Assembly: GCF_964213995.1 (NCBI RefSeq) | Contig: NC_135809.1 | Location: 121,086,001-121,150,000, forward strand | DNA length: 64,000 nucleotides | Source of the DNA: Mustelus asterias | Taxonomy: Eukaryota | Direction of reading: 5' to 3' | In this document: positions 1 through 64,000 of the stretch, piece by piece | Position numbering within the stretch: position 1 is the first letter of the stretch | How the letters are laid out: each line of letters begins with the position of its first letter | Position numbers and translations under genes: made by a program | Notes under the pieces: generated by a model | The model's database searches: none | Told to the model about the DNA's origin: nothing | Seen by the model: the letters and a program-made list of their open reading frames with translations, nothing else

Positions 1-1235
1 CACAGGCTCTGTGGAACAGCTTGTTTTTGCAAGCAAGCAAGATAGGATATATTCAACAAAGAAAACAAAGGTTGTAAGCTGGCATCGAGGAAAACGGGTA
101 ACAGGTCATCTCTGTATGTGGCAAAAGAACTTTCTTGATGCTGAAAGAAACTGGACGAGAGGGAAACGTGAGCAGGCACAGCAGGGAGACCTGCAGGATC
201 AACCATCATGTAAGACAACTGCCTGGAGTTCGGAACTTAGAGACGACGACCCATTGAAGGAAGCCTCCCCATGCAACAGGTAGTATTTGAGTCCTGTGAT
301 TTGTGACTAACAAATAATGCAATCCCAGTAGGCAGAGGCCGGAGCCAAAATCAAAACGCCCATCGGCCAATGTTACAACTGTAGCTGAGCAAGTCATTAG
401 ACAGTGCTGAGAACCACCTCACTTACCTCCCCAAAATCGGGGACCCAGTCAAGATCACTTCCCCCCTCCACTACTGGACAGACCTTGTGGGTGGGGGTCT
501 GCCCGTGTTCCCATGGCCCCAGTTGCGGAGGCAGACTGTCCCAACTCCCTGTATCCTCAGTGCCCAGATTTAACTCCGAGTGCATGATGGTGTCAAGCCT
601 CTCCGATGTGGGTGTGTAGTGTCAAATGGGATGCTGTGGGACGTCCTCCAGTGGAAGGCAAGGCAGGAGGCGGCCCTGCTGATTTTTTATGGGACAATGT
701 GTGTGCGCGTGCACGTGTGGGGGGGGCAACACCCTTAACACATTCAGTGGAATACACACACAGTGGCACATTAAACAACCAACTATCTTAAATGGTTTCA
801 CTGGCCATTCACAAACAGGATTCAAAACTGGCTCCCTGGAATTTAACCCTGCAGACCTAGTCTGTTACCACCCAGCCACGCTAATCGCCTCGCACCCTGA
901 AGCGGAGCATATTCCCGGTTCTGACCTGATGAGGGAGTATAATCTGTCATTTGACCCAGTAAATTGCTGCATCCGGCAAATAGGAGAAGTACCGGAGGTT
1001 CCAGTGGAAGTATCCACAGAAACATACCCTGAAAGAATTTGTACAATTGGAGAACTGTGGATTGGACCAATGGATATGTCTGATGATCCAGAAATGAAAG
1101 ACATCGTCAACAAACATATGACCGCTTTTGCTATCCATAGCATGACTGCAGTCAAATAATAGGTGTAGTAGTCATTGACGGCCCCGACCCAAAACCACAG
1201 AAACAGTATGGTTCCCCAAATAAGCTGTTTCATAG
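1..1235 (+). mobile_element. Degenerate LTR-retroelement / endogenous-retrovirus-like fragment (protease and pre-RT region; upstream part possibly gag)
   Basis: Across frameshifts: GRP.V....FLWD[TG/CG repeat]GGGNTL (active-site-like), LNGFTG (flap), HIPGSDLM (ILGxD-like), then FAIH(K)HDC...GPDPKPQKQYG; ends before the RT core. Confidence 0.7.
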
Positions 1236-2054
1236 ACTGCGTTGTGTAAAATTGGCTACTTTTCCCATAATGTTTTGCTGTTAGCCATCTGGCTGCAAAG
1301 GAATAGAGTCTTAGATTAGCTGCAGTATGGAGCTCGAGGGTCTGGAATGGGAGCCAAAATGGCCTCTTTCTTGGTTTACATTTCTGTGATTAAAAATAAA
1401 GCTTATAAAATAGACAACTTTTTTTTTAAAAAAACAAGATATTACTTCATTTCAATGCACTTGATCCACAAGATTTATAGTACAATGACTCTTCCATCTT
1501 TCTAGTCTGACCACTACTCAAACTCCTTATTCCCATTCATATATACACTAGCAACAACTGGTGCAATTTTCCCAAGTAATGTTTGAAAGATTCAGAGTTG
1601 TTCAATTTATATAATTAATTCAGGTACAGAGATGACTGCTGAAGACCAGATGCAAGCAAAACCTGTGAGCAGACATCACGATGCTTAACTGACTCGGAGC
1701 AAACATAATCTTGTTAGGTGGTAGTGTAATTGGTCTATTGACTGTTTTGGTGCTGATCCGTTAATAGTGTTTACTGCACATTGCATCTCTGGTGGTTTAA
1801 AATTATGGAGAATTTCTATATCAATCTGTGTATATCAAGGACCTATTGTAGGATAAACCCAAGAGAAAATGTAACATCACTAAATTATAAACTAGGTTCT
1901 TTATGTCCCTGCCTTTTCTCTCCTCTTAGAAAGTCAGTACTTGATGCTGGGGCATTTTCGTAGAGAATGTTCATCCTCTAGTCCATTATCCAACAAATCA
2001 TTTTTCATAAGCCCGGAGAGAATGTTAGCTATAATGAGAGAAATAAATTGCATT

Positions 2055-2456
2055 CAAGTCGTGGCTTTGATAACAAGAAGATGCCTCAAAGCACTTTAAA
2101 GCCAATTAAGTATTTCTGAAGTGTAGCTAATGTTCTAATGTAGGAAACAAGACAGTCAATTTGTGCACAGTAAGCTCCCATAAACAGCAATGTGAGAATA
2201 AGCAGGCTTTAGGTTTTGTGCAAGGGAAAAAATTGAGGGCAGGCTGAACTCCTCTACTCTTCTTTGAATAGTGCCGTACGATCTTCCAAACCATCCGAGG
2301 AGGATAACAGGGTCTCGATTTAACATCCCATCTGAAACAACACGGCTTCGGTATTGCACTGAAAGGCCTGGATTATGTACTCAAGTCTCTGGAATCAGAC
2401 TTTGAATCCACAATCTACTGACTTGGATGTGAAAGGGCTATCAACTGAACCACAGT
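2055..2456 (-). mobile_element. Old tRNA-derived SINE, Deu-domain/SacSINE1-like
   Basis: Reverse complement begins with a tRNA-like head (ctgtggttcagttgatagccctttca); central atcgtacggcactattcaaagaagag block; related copy at about 56447-56660 (+). Confidence 0.55.
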
Positions 2457-2819
2457 AAGTAGCATCAGAGCTGAGCTTAATCCTGTGCATATAAACTTTC
2501 CAGTAGTGGGTCACCTGGTTGAGATTAGCAACAGGGGCTGTGGCTGACTTTACCCTTTCTTTCGTAAAGAGCTCTGAGGCTTTTTGTAATACTAGTTACG
2601 CACCAGCTTGCATCAATTAATTCAGTTACAGGCTGGATGGAAAATATTTTGGTTGCATTCCTGAAATAATATAAAGTCTGACTGCCTCAGCTGTGGCTTT
2701 TATTCCGAAATTCTACACGATACCTAGATTGCAATTAAAATAATTAGAAAGAAAACAGAGTGTATGTATCACATCATGTCACTTGACACTTCAAAACTTT
2801 GTTTTGGAGACTATATTTT

Positions 2820-3015
2820 CACTGTCGGGGGAGGTAGTGGAAGCAGATACGACAGTGACTTTTAAGGGGCGTCTTGACAAATACATGAATAGGATGGGAA
2901 TAGAGGGATATGGCCCCCGGAAGGGTAGGGGTTTTAGTTCAGTCGGGCAGCATGGTCGGTGCAGGCTTGGAGGGCCGAAGGGCCTGTTCCTGTGCTGTAA
3001 TTTTCTCTGTTCTTT
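2820..3015 (+). mobile_element. CR1 LINE 3' end
   Basis: VVEADT..TFKGRLDKYM ORF2 C-terminus, gggccgaagggcctgt stem-loop, tgttctt tail. Confidence 0.85.
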
Positions 3016-3553
3016 ACATCAACCACATTTTTCCAGTTAGGTGGTGCCCTCCATTATAAGCCTTGAACAATGACTTAAAGTTCTAAATTAAAAATGTAAA
3101 TGTTGAAATTGTGCATCATAAAAAGGAGATACAAGGTCAAGAAGCGTAAAACAAAAGCAAAATGAATTCTTCTCAAAGGTACATTGAGGCTTTTCACGAA
3201 CATCAATAATGCCAACATTTTCGGTCGTTTCACTACAAAGCACAAAACTATTTTTAACAGGCTACAATTGAAACACAAATATACTTTAATGAGTTAAGAC
3301 AGCATTTTGATCTGTCTGACCTAGCACTTACTGACAATGCGTGCAGTAAACTGGTTTTAAATTTTATTTTGCAACCCAAACCTCATTGAACCCAAGCTAA
3401 ACTGTATTTGCTAAAACTAACTCAAGAAGAATTCTTATGCACACAGAAGTGTCACTCAAAACGTTTAGATGTCTATCGTAGGATTACATCAGCGGCAATT
3501 TTGAAATAGTAATATATATTGTGTGTGTCACCCAATAAGAAATCAATACGTAC

Positions 3554-61847
<58,294 letters not shown>

Positions 61848-63179
61848 CTAGAAATCAGCAACAAAATACATTGGACAAGTCAGCACTCAATATGCGCCAA
61901 TATGGTTTTAAACATTAATTGGATTACTCATACATCAATGAAGTTGGCTTCCTGACTTGGGTTGGGCAAGAGGTGCGGGAGTAATTAAACCACTACCATG
62001 TAACGTAGACATTTACCAAGTTCACAGAGAAATTCAATTATATGACAGACTACTTATTGTAACTGTTTCACCAAGTTAATCTGATTTATAACCTTCAAGT
62101 TAGACTAGCCTAAAACTCTTGCACTGCCACTGTTTATATTATAAATCTCCAGCTCGTCATCAAATCCCTTCATATAGAATACTCCATTCCTCTATTTCTG
62201 GGCTTTGATTGATTTTCTGCATTTGTTCACTCCACAGCCAGCAACAGAAACTTTCGATGAAACAGTTGCATTGCATATTTATGGTTGCACCAATGTGCAA
62301 TATCATAATAGAAATAATAATGCACTGCCCATTTCTGCTTCTTTAAATCACTTTTAAAACTCATCTCTCTTTGGCTAATCTTTTGGTGGCTCGTTAACCT
62401 CTCACTTGCTCAGTATCAGTTTTGCTGCAAAGTACACAAGGATGTTCTTTATATTAAAGACCCTTTATAAATGCAAGTTGCTATTGAATACTCTACGTAA
62501 GTTTTAGTGATTAATATTAACTGCTTCAACTACCAATGAATTATTTGATAAGCACGTACAAAAATGAAATCAAAACATGCCAGCAGTCTTGCAATTTTGC
62601 AACAAGTTTTGTTGCTGGATGATAAATTACTTATTGAAGGCACAAAGAACTTCTAATGCATTTGAAATCCTTTGGGTTGAAGCCATTTTCTAACAGACAT
62701 GCACAAGTTTGCCCAATTCATTCATCGTCTATCCTAAACTCTCCCAAATTTATAAAACCGTTTGGGGAAGGTGAGGGGGAAGAGAGAAAAAGTCTGAAAT
62801 GTACAGGCAATTCCCAGTTACCTCTTTCCTGTCTAGACAGACACGTAAATGCTATTTATTGAACTTGTATTTATACAAGAAAAGGAGTAGGCCACACAGC
62901 ACTCAAGCACACTTTGCCAATCAGCAAGATCACGGTTGATCAATCGCATCTTCACTCTCCTGCCCGATCCGTGTCCCAATTCCCTTTCATGTCCAAGAAT
63001 CAATCTTAGTGATGAATATACTGAACGACTGAGTAGTTCCAGCTCTTTGGGGTAAAGAATTCCAAAGATTCACAACTTCATGTGAAGAAATATTGCATCT
63101 CAGTCCCGTTATTATTCTTTCATGGAATGTGGACACTGCTGGCAACGCCAGCATCTTCTGACTATCCTTAATGACAGAC

Positions 63180-64000
63180 AGTAAGAAGTCTCACAACACC
63201 AGGTTAAAGTACAACAGGTTTATTTGGTAGCACAAGCTTTCGGAGCATTGCTCCTTCTTCAGGTGAGTGAAGAGTTGTGTTCACAAACAGGGCATACATA
63301 GACACAGACTCAATTTACCAGATAATGGTTGGAATGAGAGTCTTTACAGGTACAGACAATGCGAGTGGAGAGAGGTTAAACACAGGTTAAAGAGGTGTGA
63401 ATTGTCTCAAGCCAGGACAGTTAGAGAGATTTTGCAAGCCCAGGCAAGTCGTGGGGGTTACAGATAGTGTGACATGGACCCAAGATCCTGGTTGAGGCCG
63501 TCCTCATGTGTGCGGAACTTGGCTATCAATTTTTGCTTGGTGATTCTGCGTTGTGGCGTGGTGAAGGCCACCTTGGAGAACGCTTACCCGAAGATCAGAG
63601 GCTCAATGCCCTTGACTGCTGAAGTGTTCCCAGACAGAAAGTGTTCCCTTCCTGTCGGGGAACACTTCAGCAGTCAAGGGCATTGAGCCTCTGATCTTCG
63701 GGTAAGCGTTCTCCAAGGTGGCCTTCACCACACAACACAGAATCACCAAGCAAAAACTGATAGCCAAGTTCCGCACACGAGGATGGCCTCAACCGGGATC
63801 TTGGGTCCAAGTCATACTATCTGTAACCCCCACAACTTGCCTGGGCTTGCAAAATCTCACCAACTGTCCTGGCTTGAGACAGTTCACACCTCTTCAACCT
63901 GTGTTCAACCTCTCTCCACTCGCATTGTCTGTACCTGTAAAGACTTGATTACCTGTAAAGATTCGCATTCCAACCATTACCTGGTAAATTGAGTCTGTGT
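63180..64000 (-). mobile_element. Penelope-like fold-back element (left arm about 460 bp, centre about 63641-63648), running off the window; hammerhead motif at 63231-63265 (-)
   Basis: Homologous to the 37884 element; CAC-CUGAAGA-A-GGAGC-aau-GCUCC-GAAA-GC-UU^GUG. Confidence 0.85.

Noticed and set aside
865-1233. 122-aa hydrophobic minus-strand ORF
   Set aside because: Antisense shadow of the retroelement protease region.
1250-1384. Minus-strand peptide ...TAANLRLYSF resembling the terminal ...SATVRTYSC
   Set aside because: Wrong phase for the upstream phase-1 donor and no stop after YS; likely coincidence.

Overview
Vertebrate genomic DNA, almost certainly a shark/elasmobranch given its HE1-type V-SINEs, CR1 LINEs and shark-type Penelope-like ends. 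The whole window lies inside one minus-strand gene, liprin-alpha-1 (PPFIA1). I traced 22 phase-consistent GT-AG core coding exons (3046 nt, 61847 to 3554), four cassette exons recognisable from vertebrate liprin-alpha isoforms (78, 30, 63 and 27 nt) and two new micro-exon candidates (3 nt at 42413-42415; 9 or 12 nt at 22092-22100/22103). The N-terminal exons are outside the window, and I could not find the terminal PDZ-ligand exon. The introns hold CR1, RTE, three SINE families, a solo LTR, a retrovirus-like protease/pre-RT relic and a perfect 15 x 26-bp CpG-rich minisatellite. The most striking structure is a set of Penelope-like fold-back elements (arms about 40-550 bp, 12-14 bp TSDs) carrying minimal hammerhead-ribozyme motifs, in the longer copies on both arms. 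One 60-bp copy ends within 1 nt of the predicted cleavage site. All calls are by eye: exon boundaries were counted by hand, repeat boundaries are approximate, and human protein comparisons are from recall.
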